DNA of 64,000 nucleotides from an uncultured delta proteobacterium (GCA_963848135.1 CAWKCK010000003.1:682001-746000); one strand, 5' to 3'. Positions 28,447 through 41,008 are shown, counted from the first letter of the stretch. Notes: generated by a model from the sequence alone, not told the origin. Made by a program: numbers and translations.

Positions 28447-29557
28447 ATGAAACGCTTTACCTGGATTACTCTGACCCTATTTCTGTTCACCGTTATATTT
28501 ACAGCGGTGGCTGGAACCGCTTTGGCTGCCGATAAAGAAAAGAAAATCCTATTGAAGGTTCCGATGGCCTATCCATCCAAGCTGCCTGGCCTCGGTACAA
28601 CCATTCTCTGGATGGAGGAGCGCGTCGAAATGCTAAGCGGCGGCACCATCAAGATCAAAGTCTACGAACCCGGTGAACTGATTCCGGCTTTTGAGATGCT
28701 GGATGCGGTTAACGCCGGGAAAGTAAACGCCAGCTATGGCATCTCCGGTTACTGGTCGGGCAAGATTTCGGCGGCCGCCATTTTTCACCGCCGTTCCCTT
28801 CGGCCCGGAAGCCAGCGAGTATATTGCCTGGATTTATTACGGAAACGGAATGAAGCTGTAGCAGGAAATGTACGACAGCAACGGCATGAACGTTAAAGCG
28901 TTCCTATGCGGTGTCTTACCACCGGAAACCTCGGGTTGGTACGTAAAGGAGATCAAGAGCTCGATGATTACAAAGGCTTACCCATTCGTTTCTTCGGGCT
29001 CGGCGGCAAAACGCCTCCAGAATTTAGGAGCTTCGGTCACCCTTTTGCCCGGCGGCGAAATTTTTCCTGCCTTGGAAAAGCAGGCCATCGAGGGCGCCGA
29101 ATTTTCCATGCCGGCCATCGACACGAAGCTGGGATTCTACAAGATTGCCAAGTACAATTATTTTCCCGGTTGGCACCAGCAGGCCACTTTGTTTGAACTG
29201 CTTATAAATAAGGATGTCTGGAACGGTATGAGCGACCGCCAGAGGATGGTGATCGAGACACTGATGCATGGCAGCACATTGGACACCATGGCCTGGGCCG
29301 AGTCGATTCAAGCCCCGGTGATGCACGAAAATGTCAAGAAACATGGAGTGAAGTTGGAGTACTGGTAGGATGACATGTTGGCCGCAATTAAAAAATCCTG
29401 GGAACAAGTGGAGGCCGAGAAATTCCGGCAAAGACCCATTTTTCAAAAAGGTATGGGAAGACTTGCAGTCTTTCAGGGGGGAATACAAGATTTGGCAGAC
29501 ATATGCATTCCTGCCGCGTCCCAAGCCCCAGGCGTCAGATCTTTACGTCAAATTTAA
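28447..29557 (+). pseudogene. dctP: TRAP transporter solute-binding subunit (DctP/TakP-like), disrupted; end approximate
   Basis: VYEPGEL, GYWSGK, AVPFGP, KGL.IRFFGLGG and YFPGWHQ split across frames; in-frame TAGs at 28859 and 29366. Confidence 0.8.
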
Positions 29558-29647
29558 ACGCACACTGAGGATACTTCATGCCATTCTGCGCCGCCAACAC
29601 GCGGGTGATTCCGCAGAATGTCTATCGTTTATGGAGATTCAATCATC

Positions 29648-30166
29648 ATGGCGGATGAAACCAAGAGCGTCCCAACAAGTTTTCCGACACCATCGAGCGG
29701 GATTCCGGCGTATCGGTCACGTGCTGATGTGGGCCAACTGCGTCGTGATCGCCCTGATTATCTTACAGGTGGTTCTGCGCTATGGATTCGGCCATGGGCT
29801 CGTCATTTTGGAAGAGCTCCAGTGGCACTTTTATGCAGTGGGGATCATGTTCGGTATCTCCTATGCCATCATGACCGACTCCCATGTCGGCATGGATTTG
29901 TTCACGAACGACTGTCGAAGAAGTGGCAGACGCGATGGGATATTTTCGGAACGCTCGTTCTGCTGCTCCCGTTTGCTGTTTTGATTTGTTACCAGAGTCT
30001 CGATTTTGTCCATGAAGCCTGGCGCTTGGGAGAGAATTCCGTTGCGCCCCTGGGGCTCTGCTGTCGCTGGGCGATCAAAGCCGTGATACCCTTGTCTTTC
30101 GCGTTGGTGATCCTGGCCGCACTGTCCCGGGCCTTCCGGAAGATAGCGATTCTAAGGAGGGCATAA
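29648..30166 (+). pseudogene. dctQ: TRAP transporter small permease, frameshifted
   Basis: QVVLRYGF, EELQWHFY and SHVGMDL, then a frame change to ERLS...RWAIKAVIP. Confidence 0.8.
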
Positions 30167-30169
30167 CCA

Positions 30170-31550
30170 ATGGAATTAAATGACTATCTCGTCATCGCCA
30201 TGTTTGTGACCTTCATCGTGTTGCTTTTTACCGGATTTCCTATTGCCTGGGTCCTGGGTGGAATGGCCGTCATTTTTACGGGTGTGGGCATCATCGCCGA
30301 TACGTATTTCGACGCGTGGACCGGGCTGGATTACTGATCTTCAGCATGACCATCAACCGCATTTATCAGTTCATGGACAACTGGGTCCTGGTGGCGTTGC
30401 CGATGTTCATCTTCATGGGGTTGATGCTGGATCGATCCGGCATTGCCGAGCATATGATGACGTCCATGCAGAATCTGTTCGGCAAGGTGCGCGGCGGTCT
30501 GGCGGTCACGGTATTGCTATCGGTATCATCCTGGCGGCCTCTACCGGCATTATCGGTGCCTCAGTGGTCCTGCTCGGCCTGCTGTCCCTGCCGGCCATGA
30601 TGAAACAGGGCTATTCCAAGACACTTGGCCGTGGGCACCATCGCCGGCTCGGGCACCCTGGGGATCCTGATTCCGCCCAGCATCATGCTGGTCATCATGG
30701 CCGACCAGCTGGGCTTTCCGTGGGCGATCTGTTCATGGGTGCGGTTTTTCCTGGTTTGATTTTGGGGCTTTGTATATCGTTTATATCTTGTTGTTCAGTC
30801 TGATCCGGCCACAATCCGCGCCGTTGGATCCGGATCGGAAACCATTCATTGGCGGATGATCTGGGATGTCTTCAAGAATATCCTGCCGCCGGCCTGCTTG
30901 ATTCTGGCGGTTCTCGGGTCGATTTTTGCCGGCATCACCACGCCCACCGAGGCCAGCGGCGTCGGGGCCCTGGGGGCTACCATCCTGGCGGCCATCAACA
31001 AGAAGCTGAATTGGAGAGTCATTGAAGGAGGTGACCAAGGCCTGTTTCAACACCACGGCTTACATTTTCGCTATTTTCTCGGGGCCACATGCTTTGCCCT
31101 GGTTTTGCGCAGCCTTGGCGGCGACGAATTCATCGAAAGGGTTCTGACCGCCATGCCGTTCGGTCCTTACGGCATCATGGCCTTTATTCTTGCTGCCGTG
31201 TTTCTGTTGGGTTTCTTCCTCGACTGGATTGAAATTACTCTGATCGTTCTGCCTCTGATGGCGCCCGTGGTTGCGAACCTCGGTTTTCACGTCGATGGTT
31301 ACGGTGTGGTCGACAACCCCGGCTGGTCTGGTTCGTCATTTTGATTGCCGTCACCCTGCAGACGTCTTTTTTGACCCCGCCGGTCGGGATTTGCCCTGTT
31401 TTATCTGAAGGGGATCTGCCCGCCTGAAGATTCAACTTGGATATATACAAGGGCGTTATTCCGTTTATTATCTTGCAGTTGATTGGGATGACGATCATTG
31501 CCAACTGGCCGCAGTTGGTCATCTGGTTGCCGGCGATGGCTTACGGTTAA
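30170..31550 (+). pseudogene. dctM: TRAP transporter large permease, multiple frameshifts
   Basis: GFPIAWVLG, LVALPMFIFMG, ASTGIIGASV, TPTEASGVG, FLDWIEI and QTSFLTPP occur in different frames. Confidence 0.82.
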
Positions 31551-31735
31551 TACTGCTTTAATGAGTAATGAACAAGATGTGTTTAGGGACAATTAGGTTT
31601 TCTTTTGAAATCAATCGTTGAGTGTCCGTCAAGAATGGATTCTACATTGATGCAAGAGAGGACGCCACCGCTGCCTTTGGGGATATCTGCTCGCCGTCGT
31701 AGTCAATTGTCCTCACTGACTAAGGAGGATATGCG

Positions 31736-32984
31736 ATGAAAGCAATACAAACTCTAAAGACCTTATCCGCACTGATCGTTATTTTGTGCTTCTTCGTCGG
31801 TTTGCGACCGGCTTTCGCATTTTCAGCGGAAACATACCGCCTCGGCGTGGCCCTCGGGTTGTCCGGAACCGGCGGCCCGTATTGCAAGGAGGCTGTCGAG
31901 GGGCTCGAGGTGGCGGTCAACGAGATCAACGCCGCGGGCGGATTCCTTGGGAAACATTATTTAGAGCTGTATATCCGGGATACGGAAACCGCACCGGATG
32001 TTGCCGTTATCGTTACCCGCAAGCTCATATCGGAAAACCGTGTTCGCACCGTCATCGGCACCTATTCGAGTGCCTGCGCCCTGGCCATCAAGCCGATTTG
32101 CCGCGAAGGTAAAGTTCTCCATATTGCTCCCATCAGTAATTCCGAGGGTATCACCAAAATCAATCCAAGCCCCTACACCTATTCAGTCGTGCCGAACACC
32201 TACATGGTGTCGAAGGCCGTTGCGATGGGGATTGGGACCCTGGTGCAAAAAAACGGCTGGACCCAGTATGTCACCATTGCATCCGACTACGCCTGGGGGC
32301 GCTCCAGTCAGGAAATCCAGGTGGATCTGCTCAGACGCTTCGCACCGGGATTGACCCTTCTGGGAGCGTATTGGCCCCGCCTGGGTCAAACCCGCTTTAA
32401 TTCTTTTATCGTCGACATCCAGGCTCAGAAACCCGATTTCGTCCTGTCTTCCATCGCCGGTGCTGACAATACCTATTGGCTGCGAGATGCCTAGAGATTA
32501 CCGCCTTTTCAAGACGGTAGACAATCCCGGTGGCTTGGTCAGTGTGACCGAGCTGATTCAACAGTCAACGAGCATTCGCCGGGGGCTTTATGGTCGATGC
32601 CGGGCACCCTTTTTCGCCCATATGGACAATCCCCGTATGGAAAAGTTTGTCAGTAGCTACCGGGCGAAATTCGATCGCTATCCAAGCGACTGGGCGGTAT
32701 TACTTTACGATGCCGTCTACGTCCTCAAGCAGGGCATTGAAGAGGCCGGGGATATCGACACAGAACGCGTCAAGGCGGCCTTGAAGGGGATGACAGTGGA
32801 AACGACCCGGGGTCGCTTGTATTTCCGTGACATCGACAACCAATTGAGCTGTTCGGCCTATTTTGGAATGGTGGCCGATGATCCCCAGTACCCGTTTCCG
32901 ATCTATCACGACCTCATGGAGTTCAAGGGGCCAGACGTCTGGCGCCCGGAAACCGAAATACAGGCCGCACGCGCTCATCAGTGA
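31736..32984 (+). pseudogene. Liv-type ABC substrate-binding protein with one frameshift (near 32491)
   Basis: Signal peptide, AVNEINAAGG and DYAWG; continues in ORF 32460..32984. Confidence 0.8.
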
Positions 32985-33514
32985 AGGAGTTGAACGTGGG
33001 AACAAACATAACAAAAATACTTTTCACCACCGATCTTTCGGAAAGTACGCGGGTTGCATTTGACTTTGCTGCCGGACTTGCCTGCCGGCAAGGTGCCGAA
33101 ATCGTGACTCTATACGTCATGGAGGAGTCATCTTCATATGCCGGTTCACATCTCGCGGGATTTATTGGGGAAGACCGTTGGAAGGAACTTAAAGAGAGTC
33201 AGGAGAACGAAGCCCGGCAAATTCTAATGGGAAAGAAACGGGAAGGCGCTGCAATAAAAGATGCATTGAATGAATTTTGCCGGGTCGCCAAGAAAGAATT
33301 GGGTGAGGAGAATGTCCCGGCCGATGATATCCTGGTAGGCAAGAAACGTGGTCGATGGATCATGGATACGGTGGATGCCAAACAGTGAGACATAATTGTC
33401 ATGGGTCACCATATCCGGACCCATTTGGGAGAGGCGGTTCTCGGCAGCACGACGCGGCGGGTCTTGCGGCGTAGCCGGATACCGGTCCTTCTGGTACCGC
33501 TGCCGGCAGAATAA
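32981..33514 (+). pseudogene. Universal stress protein (UspA family) with an in-frame TGA
   Basis: KILFTTDLSE; after TGA 33386-33388 the same frame reads DIIVMGH...LGSTTRRVLRRSRIPVLLVP. Confidence 0.82.
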
Positions 33515-33532
33515 TAGGAATCAGACAGGGAG

Positions 33533-35070
33533 GTGAATGTGAATATCGGGAGCCTATTTTCCAGACACGCAAAATACCGCCCCAATCATCTGGCGGTGGT
33601 GTTCAAGAAACAGCGTCTCACGCACGCGCAGTTTAACCGGAGCATCAATCAACTGGCTAATGCATTGAAAGCCTTGGGTATTAAAAAAGGCGACAACGTC
33701 GCCACCGTATTGCCCAATAGCCTCGAACTGTTGGAAACCTTCTGGGCCTGTGCAAAAATCGGTGCCGTGGTCGGTACCTTTCAGCACCCTGCTGCTGGAA
33801 AAGGCCATGAAATCTTTGCTGCAGGATTCCGATACGGTCTTGGTCGTCACCATCCAGCGGCTTTACCGACATGCTCGACAAGATCAAAACAGATCTGCCG
33901 GCCATTGTACCGGAACGCTATCTGCTGACCGACGCGTCCGATCGCAAGGGATATCAGGATTACCATGCGGTTAAAAGCGGCGGCCGACGATCGGGAACCT
34001 GAGGGCATTCTGATTACTGAGATGATCCGTTTAATATCATGTACAGCAGCGGTACCACGGGTCTGCCCAAAGGGATCGTTCACACCCATTACATCCGCGC
34101 CATGTATGCAACCATATTTGCCGCGTTCCTATCGCATGACCCCCGAAAGCGTCACCATGCATGCCGGCGCCATCGTATTCAACGGCGCTTTCGTGGACCT
34201 GATGCCCACCATTTTTCATTGGTGCCACATATGTTCTGCTCGATCAGTTTGATCCGGTCGACTACATCGAAACCATTGAACGGGAAAAGGTCACCCATGT
34301 GATGCTGGTGCCGGCCCAGATCATCGCGTTGCTGAACGCGCCCAATTTTGCCTTCGAAAAGCTGAAGTCCCTGGAAATGATTCTGACCCTTGGGGCGCCC
34401 CTGCTACAAAGAGCACAAGGAAGATTTGAACCGGCGGCTGCCCGGACGGTTTTACGAGCTTTACGGCCTGACCGAGGGGTTCGTGACGGTTCTCGACAAA
34501 TACGATTATGCGGACAAACCGGATTCGGTGGGGGTGCCGCCGCCATTTTTCGAAATGCGGATTCTGGACGAAAACGGACCGTGACCTGCCACCCGGGGAA
34601 GTGGGCGAGATCTGCGGACGGGGACCGATTCTCATGCCTGGCTATTACAAACGCCCCGATCTGACCGAAGAGGCCATCAAAGACGGCTGGCTGCATTCCG
34701 GGGATATGGGATATGTCGATGAGGACGGCTTTCTCTATCTGGTGGACCGCAAAAAGGACATGATCATTCCGGCGGCGTCAACGTCTATCCCCGGGATATC
34801 GAAGAGGTCGTGGTTCAGCATCCGGCCGTCCGGGAGGCCGCGGTCTTTGGGGTGCCGCACGACAAATGGGGTGAAACGCCCGTGGCCGCCGTCGTTCTCC
34901 ATCCACAGGAGAGCGTTGACGCTGAAGAAATTGAAGAAATGGGTCAACGAGCGGGTCGGGGCGAAGTTTCAGCGGGTTCACGAAGTGGTGATCATGGCAG
35001 ATTTCCCCCGCAACGTGGCCGGAAAGACACTTAAAAGGGAAATGCGGGACAAATACGGTAAAGCAAATGA
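33533..35070 (+). pseudogene. Acyl-CoA synthetase (AMP-binding), many frameshifts; end approximate
   Basis: [32 protein letters not shown] and GKTLK spread over many short ORFs. Confidence 0.85.
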
Positions 35071-35155
35071 CCCGAAATTTAAAGAAATTTGGCTGTATAA
35101 AAAAAAGGTTTGCCGATTATCGATTGACTGTGAATGTGACTTAGCGATGCGCCTC

Positions 35156-36678
35156 TCACATGACCGCACCGATCGGCCAGGGCACGAACTCGGCTTCACC
35201 GTAGCCGTATCGCTCGCTTTTCGTTTGCTGCCCTGAAGCGGCGTCCAAAATACTTCTGAAAATGGCGTGGCCCATTTCTTCGACATCGGCCTCACCATCA
35301 ATTATCCGGCCACAATTGACGTCCATATCCTCGGCCATATGCCGATACATCGGTGTGTTTGACGTCAGCTTGAGTGTCGGCACCGGATTGAAACCACATA
35401 CCGTCCCCCTGCCGGTTGTAAAGCAGACCACATTGGCGCCACCGGCGATCATTCCGGTAATGGATACCACATCATAACCCGGCGTATCCATAAAAACCAA
35501 ACCCTTGCGGGATACCTTCTCGGCATATTCATACACGTTTTGCAGGGGGGTGGAGCCACCTTTGGCCACGGCCCCGAGGGATTTTTCGAAGATGGTGGTG
35601 ATGCCGCCGGCCTTGTTACCCGGGGTCGGGTTGTTGTTGATTTCACCACCGTGACGGGCCGTATACTCTTCCCACCATTTGATGCGTCGAATCAGCTTTT
35701 GGGCTGTTTCGGAATTCACCGCTCGGCGGGTGAGCAAGTGCTCGGCACCATAGATTTCCGGTGTTTCGCTCAGTATCGCCGTTCCGCCGTTGGTCACCAA
35801 TAAGTCAACGGTTTTGCCGAGGGCAGGGTTGGCACTGATGCCCGAGTAGGCATCCGATCCGCCGCATTCGAGACCCAAAACAATGTGGCTGGCCGCCACC
35901 GGTTGTTTCGCAACCGCATTGACGGTTGGAAGCATGTCCCTGATTGCGGCCACACCGGCTTTCACTGCGACGTTTGTTCCGCCGGTTTCTGGATGTCGAC
36001 AGGCTTAACGGTGGCGGGGATTAATCCCGCGGGTCGACAGGAACCCAGATTGTTGACCTCACAGCCGAGACCAACCATTACGACGCCGCCGAAGTTGGGG
36101 TGCTGGGCATAGCCGGCCAGAACCCGCTGTAGAAATGCGAGACCCTCGCTATCGGGGGTGTGGCAGCACCCGGCGCCGTGTCCCAGGGCGACAATACCGT
36201 CGATATTGGGATAATCATTTGCGATCTCAGCCCTCATTTCACCGGCAATGAAGCGCGCCACGCTCGATGAACAACTGACAGTCGACAGGACACCAATAAA
36301 ATTTCGCGTGGCCACCCGGCCATCCGGCCGAACGATCCCGCCAAATGAGGCTTGTTCTTTTTCGGTTACCTTTTCGGGAGGCCGAGCGTCTTTCGCAATT
36401 GCATAATCTCGCGTAAAATGTCCCATGGTGACATTGTGGTCGTGCACGTGCTGTCCGGTGGATATGTCCTGGGATGCAAATCCGATAATTTGACCATACT
36501 TGTATACGGCGGTTTCTATTTTAATATTGCAGACGGCAATTTTGTGTCCAGCGGGAATAACCTCCTTGGCGGTGAAGGAGCCGTCCTCAACGTGATCACC
36601 GGCAACAAGAGCATCCATTGCGACCGCCACGTTGTCGTTTGGGTTGAATCGAAGAATTTTCAGATAATTTGATACCAT
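35156..36678 (-). pseudogene. UxaA/GarD-family sugar-acid dehydratase (SAF + GD_AH), frameshifted near 35965-36030
   Basis: DNVAVA, GHKIA, KYGQIIG, TRNFI, GLGCE, ECGGSD and NPTPGNKAGG..T..EKSLG. Confidence 0.85.
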
Positions 36679-36695
36679 ATATCCTTGGTCATGTA

Positions 36696-37634
36696 TTAAC
36701 TCGCTTCGGATTGGCGTGGTCTTGGCCAGTAAATCTCCACCGCAACCGAGGCGCAGATGATGATAATGGCAGTTAATTGCCAGCCGGTTGGATGTTGGCT
36801 CAGGAAGACCACGGCCAAAAAGGCGGCAATCACCGGTTTGAGAAAGAAAAGATAACTACCGCGCGTGATATCCGGTACGGCGGCCAAACCGCCGATCCAG
36901 AGAAACTGGGTAATCGTGGTGTTCCACAGGGCAATGGTAAGCAAAGCCGCGGATTGATCCGAAGCACGGTCGAAAAGGGTCGCCGGGTTGACCCAAATAT
37001 TCCAGAAAATACCGACCAGAAACCAAAGGCCCACTGCACCCATAAACATGGTGACAGCCGTGATGCGCAGGGCGCCATATTTTACGATAATCGGTCGCAC
37101 CATAACCGTGTACGCTGCGATGACTGCCGCGCAGGCAAGAATCATCAATATGCCGATAAGATTTTCACCGGCGCCAGCCAGTTTGGCCAGATAACCATCG
37201 GTGATAAGGAGGGCCACACCCACCGTGGCGCTGATACCACTGACAATTTTGGGCCCGGTGAACGGCTGTTTGTTAATCCACAGGTTCACCAGGCCGACAA
37301 AAATGGGAATCGTGGTGACCACAGTGGCCACTTGTGGAACGGAGGCAAAGTCGAGGGACCAGTGAAACAGTAGATAACCGAGGGTCACCCCCAGCAGTGA
37401 AAGTAGAACCAGGCGCATGCCGTTTTCACGAAACGGTTCGATCAGGTTGCGTGAAGCTGGAAAGATAAGGGCCAGAACAACCAGTCCGATGCCTCCCAAG
37501 AGAAAGCGCCAGACTGATAGCTCTGGTCCTTTGATTCCAGAGAGGACAGATACGAACTCGCTCGAGGCATGACCGCAAACGCCTAAAAATACAGCCAGAT
37601 AGGCTACCCATGCATGCTTGTGCCAGATCCCCAT
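36696..37634 (-). CDS. DMT/EamA-family transporter
   Basis: About ten hydrophobic helices in two EamA-like halves. Confidence 0.85.
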   Translation of the reverse strand: MGIWHKHAWVAYLAVFLGVCGHASSEFVSVLSGIKGPELSVWRFLLGGIGLVVLALIFPASRNLIEPFRENGMRLVLLSLLGVTLGYLLFHWSLDFASVPQVATVVTTIPIFVGLVNLWINKQPFTGPKIVSGISATVGVALLITDGYLAKLAGAGENLIGILMILACAAVIAAYTVMVRPIIVKYGALRITAVTMFMGAVGLWFLVGIFWNIWVNPATLFDRASDQSAALLTIALWNTTITQFLWIGGLAAVPDITRGSYLFFLKPVIAAFLAVVFLSQHPTGWQLTAIIIICASVAVEIYWPRPRQSEAS

Positions 37635-38453
37635 TACTTCACCTCCTCGGCAAATGACAGCAGGACGTCAGCCAGAGCTTCGGGCTGCTCGGCCGGTATC
37701 AAGTGACCGGCATCCGGCATGTCCCACCGGATACTCTTTGGCAGCCGACTGGCCAGTTCATCCACCACCGCTCTTTCTAAAAAGACGTGATCCTGCAGCC
37801 CGGTGACGACCAGCACGGGCAGATCGAGCTTTTCATAGGGAAGATTCCAGTCCGATGTTCGCCCGGCCTCGGCCAGGAGCTTGTAATGGCCGCTATCCGG
37901 TTTCAATGGTCCGTAAGTCATCCCGGTTTTCAAAAAGGCGTCACGATTGTCAGCCAACCATTCTTCGTTGACCAGAAGTGGAAGAAAAAGATCGCGAAAC
38001 AATTCCAAACCGCCGACTTCAACGGCACGGACAAGGGCGTCGCCGATCCATTTCAACCGGGCGCCGTCCTTGCGCAAGGTGTTGATCAATACGAGACCGT
38101 TTGCCGGGATACCATTCAGCCAGGCCCGGGCGGCAAAAAGGCCCCCGATGTGAAAGACCGACCAGGATTGGGCGGGCCGGTGTAATTTCGGAAAGAAGCC
38201 GCATGGCATCGTCGACAATGAGGTTCATGTCAAGCGCGGTATCCGAAGAAAAGGGGCTGCTGGCCTGGCCCCGCATGTTGTAAGCCAGGGTTCCGTGTCC
38301 GGAGTGGCGCAGTTTCGGGCCAATGACCGCCTCCCAATTGGAGGTGTCGCCGGTCAGGGCATTGAAAAAAACATACGTGCAGGCGGAATCCTTTGTCGGC
38401 GGGTGGTACTCGAAATACAGGCCGTTTTCGGGGCCGATTTTGTAATCGCTCAT
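37634..38453 (-). pseudogene. Alpha/beta hydrolase with one frameshift (near 38151)
   Basis: YNMRGQ; nucleophile motif GLS/IGG split by one extra base; PVLVVTGLQD and DAGHL. Confidence 0.8.
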
Positions 38454-38492
38454 TTCACTCTCCCCTGAATCTATGTTAAGCAGTTCAAAATT

Positions 38493-39371
38493 CTACCCTT
38501 CGATTCCGGATGCTTTGCGGACAGCGCGGGCGATTACGGAGATGTCTTCATCGCCGTGGCCGCAGGCAATCAGGCCGGTTTCGGCCTGCTCAACATAAGC
38601 GGCCACCGGAAGGGTGACGCCCAGTTCTCGTGCCACTTCCAGAGCGATGGTTAGATCTTTTCGGTGCAGTTGAACTTTGAAGCCGAGTGGATAATCGTTT
38701 TTAATCATATTGCCGGACCGATTGACCATGGCCCATGACCCGGCGGCACCGCCGCCGACGGCCATAACGACCTTTTCCATGTCCAGACCGGCTTTCAAAC
38801 CCAAAGCAACCCCTTCGGCCACGCTCCAGTAAGTGCCGGCAACGACAATCTGGTTGATGGCCTTTGTCAGTTGGCCGGCACCGATAGGGCCGATATGTGT
38901 GATCGTTTGCCCCATTGCTTCGAGTACCGGCAGAGCAACATCCAGATCGGAAGCATCACCGCCGACCATGATGGAGAGGGTCCCTTTTTGCGCCCCCTCG
39001 GAACCGCCGGATACCGGTGCATCCAGCATCCGGATCCCCCGGGCGGAAAGGGCTTCTGCAATGCGACGGGTTGCCGTGGGGCTGACGGTGGACATGTCCA
39101 CGACAAGGGTCCCCTTGGCAGCGCCATGGACAATGCCATGCTCTCCGAGGATAATCGCCTCGACATCCGGGGTGTCGCTGACGCAGGTGATCACGATTTC
39201 CGCATCAGCGGCAGCCGCTGCCGGTGTATCGGCACGCCGAGCGCCCGCGTCTGCCAGCGGGATTTCCTTTTCTCTGGTGCGGTTGTTTACGGTTACCGCG
39301 TGCCCCGCTTTCAGCACATTGAGGGCCATCGGTGATCCCATGGTTCCCAGCCCAATGAATGCGACATTCAT
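38493..39371 (-). CDS. NAD(P)-dependent beta-hydroxyacid dehydrogenase (GarR/GlxR/MmsB family)
   Basis: FIGLGTMGSPMA, DMST, LDAPVSGG, K..NQ and F...L.RKDL. Confidence 0.92.
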   Translation of the reverse strand: MNVAFIGLGTMGSPMALNVLKAGHAVTVNNRTREKEIPLADAGARRADTPAAAAADAEIVITCVSDTPDVEAIILGEHGIVHGAAKGTLVVDMSTVSPTATRRIAEALSARGIRMLDAPVSGGSEGAQKGTLSIMVGGDASDLDVALPVLEAMGQTITHIGPIGAGQLTKAINQIVVAGTYWSVAEGVALGLKAGLDMEKVVMAVGGGAAGSWAMVNRSGNMIKNDYPLGFKVQLHRKDLTIALEVARELGVTLPVAAYVEQAETGLIACGHGDEDISVIARAVRKASGIEG

Positions 39372-41008
39372 TTTTCTTTCCTCCTTCTCAAATCCTTCCG
39401 TATGATCTTGCCGGTGGCGGTCATCGGAAGGGATGCGATGAATTCGATGAGGCGCGGATATTCGTGCGCTGCAAGACGATGCCGGACGAAGTTTTTAATC
39501 TCGTTTTCAAGTGTTTCATCGGCCGTTATCTCCGGTTTCAGGACGATGAAAGCCTTGACAACCTCGGTGCGGATGTCATCCGGGATTCCGACCACTGCCG
39601 CCATCGCTACCGCCGGGTGCTTGAGCAGGCAATCCTCGATTTCACCGGGACCGATGCGATATCCAGAGCTGGTGATCAGGTCATCCTGCCGGCCGACGAA
39701 CCAGAGGTAATCCTCTTTGTCCATGCGGGCGGTATCGCCGGTTAGGCACCAATCACCGACAAATTTGCCTTCGGTCGCGGACCGGTTTTTCCAATATTCC
39801 AGGAACATGACCGGGTCCGGTTTTTTTACGGCCACATGACCCACGATCCTCCGGGGCAGAATATTCCCGTCATCATCGACAATTTCCACAATATGACCGG
39901 GGATGGCGCGTCCCATGGACCCCGGTTTAACCGGCATGATTTGCGCACAATTACCGACCACCAGATTGACTTCCGTTTGTCCGTAAAATTCGTTGATCGT
40001 GACCCCAAAGGTTGATTTGCCCCACTCGAGAAGTTCTTCGCCCAGGGTTTCTCCACCGCTGCCGATGCTCCGAAGCTGCGGGGCAAGGCGTCCCCGCGGT
40101 GTTTTTACCTGGCGCAACATCTTGAGTGCCGTGGGTGGTAAGAAGGCATTGCGGACTTTGTGTTTGGCCATCAAGTGGAAGGCGAACTCCGGATCGAATT
40201 TTCGGGCGCGGTAGGCCAAGACCGGCACACCGTGGTGCCAACTGGGAAAGAGAACGTCGATCAACCCACCGATCCAGGCCCAATCGGCCGGGGTCCAAAA
40301 AAGGTCGCCCTCTTGCGGGAACAGATTTTGAGGCAATTCCACCCCGGGCAGGTGTCCCAGTAACGTTCGGTGGGCATGCAGTGCTCCTTTCGGCGGTCCG
40401 GTGGTCCCGGAGGTATAGATAATCAGGGCCGGGTCGTCGGCCCGGGTGGCAACCGGTGTAAACGCGACGGCACCCTTGTCGAGGCACTCCCAGAAATCGA
40501 TCGTCCCTTCTCTTTTTTTGCTTTGGATATTGAGAACATGGACCAAATCAGGCAGCTCGTGGCGGATCGTCTCAAGCGTATCCACGCCGGTGGTATCCGT
40601 GATGATCACTTTGGCCTGACTGTCGGTGAGTCGATAAGTGAGCGCATCCGGACCGAAGAGGGTAAAGAGCGGGACGGCGATTCCGCCGATCTTGTACGTG
40701 GCAATGTGGGCTATCGCTGTTTCAGGGCACTGGGGCAAAAGAATGGCCACCCGATCACCGTTTTTCACTCCGAGAGCAGTCAAGGCATTGGCGAGTTGGT
40801 TCGAAATCCTTTTCAACGCCCCGAAGGTGTATTGTTCGACCTCGCCGGAGGCCTTTTCGTAGATCAGGGCCAGGCGTTGGGGGCGATGGGCGTGCTTGTC
40901 GCAGATATCGATCCCGATATTGTATCTGTCAGGAACCTGCCAGTGGAAGCTCTGGTAGATCCGGCGGTATGTTTTGCCCGGCCCAATCATATCGGTTTCC
41001 TCAAGCAA
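39368..41008 (-). CDS. Short/medium-chain acyl-CoA synthetase
   Basis: YTSGTTGPPKG, FYGQTE, TGD, SSGYRIGPGEIE and TATGKI. Confidence 0.92.
   Translation of the reverse strand: MLEETDMIGPGKTYRRIYQSFHWQVPDRYNIGIDICDKHAHRPQRLALIYEKASGEVEQYTFGALKRISNQLANALTALGVKNGDRVAILLPQCPETAIAHIATYKIGGIAVPLFTLFGPDALTYRLTDSQAKVIITDTTGVDTLETIRHELPDLVHVLNIQSKKREGTIDFWECLDKGAVAFTPVATRADDPALIIYTSGTTGPPKGALHAHRTLLGHLPGVELPQNLFPQEGDLFWTPADWAWIGGLIDVLFPSWHHGVPVLAYRARKFDPEFAFHLMAKHKVRNAFLPPTALKMLRQVKTPRGRLAPQLRSIGSGGETLGEELLEWGKSTFGVTINEFYGQTEVNLVVGNCAQIMPVKPGSMGRAIPGHIVEIVDDDGNILPRRIVGHVAVKKPDPVMFLEYWKNRSATEGKFVGDWCLTGDTARMDKEDYLWFVGRQDDLITSSGYRIGPGEIEDCLLKHPAVAMAAVVGIPDDIRTEVVKAFIVLKPEITADETLENEIKNFVRHRLAAHEYPRLIEFIASLPMTATGKIIRKDLRRRKEK

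Noticed and set aside
28859..29368. Two in-frame TAG codons in dctP as possible pyrrolysine
   Set aside because: They fall at ordinary Tyr/Trp- and Ser-like positions inside the error zone, and no pyl genes are seen.
35156..36678. Sulfolactate sulfo-lyase SuyAB (two ORFs of the UxaA family)
   Set aside because: The split is a mid-domain frameshift, not the SuyA/SuyB boundary, and ECGGSD fits the UxaA/GarD type.
27810..38155. Programmed frameshifting or phase variation
   Set aside because: The indels are too many, often outside slippery or repeat sites, and scattered over unrelated genes.
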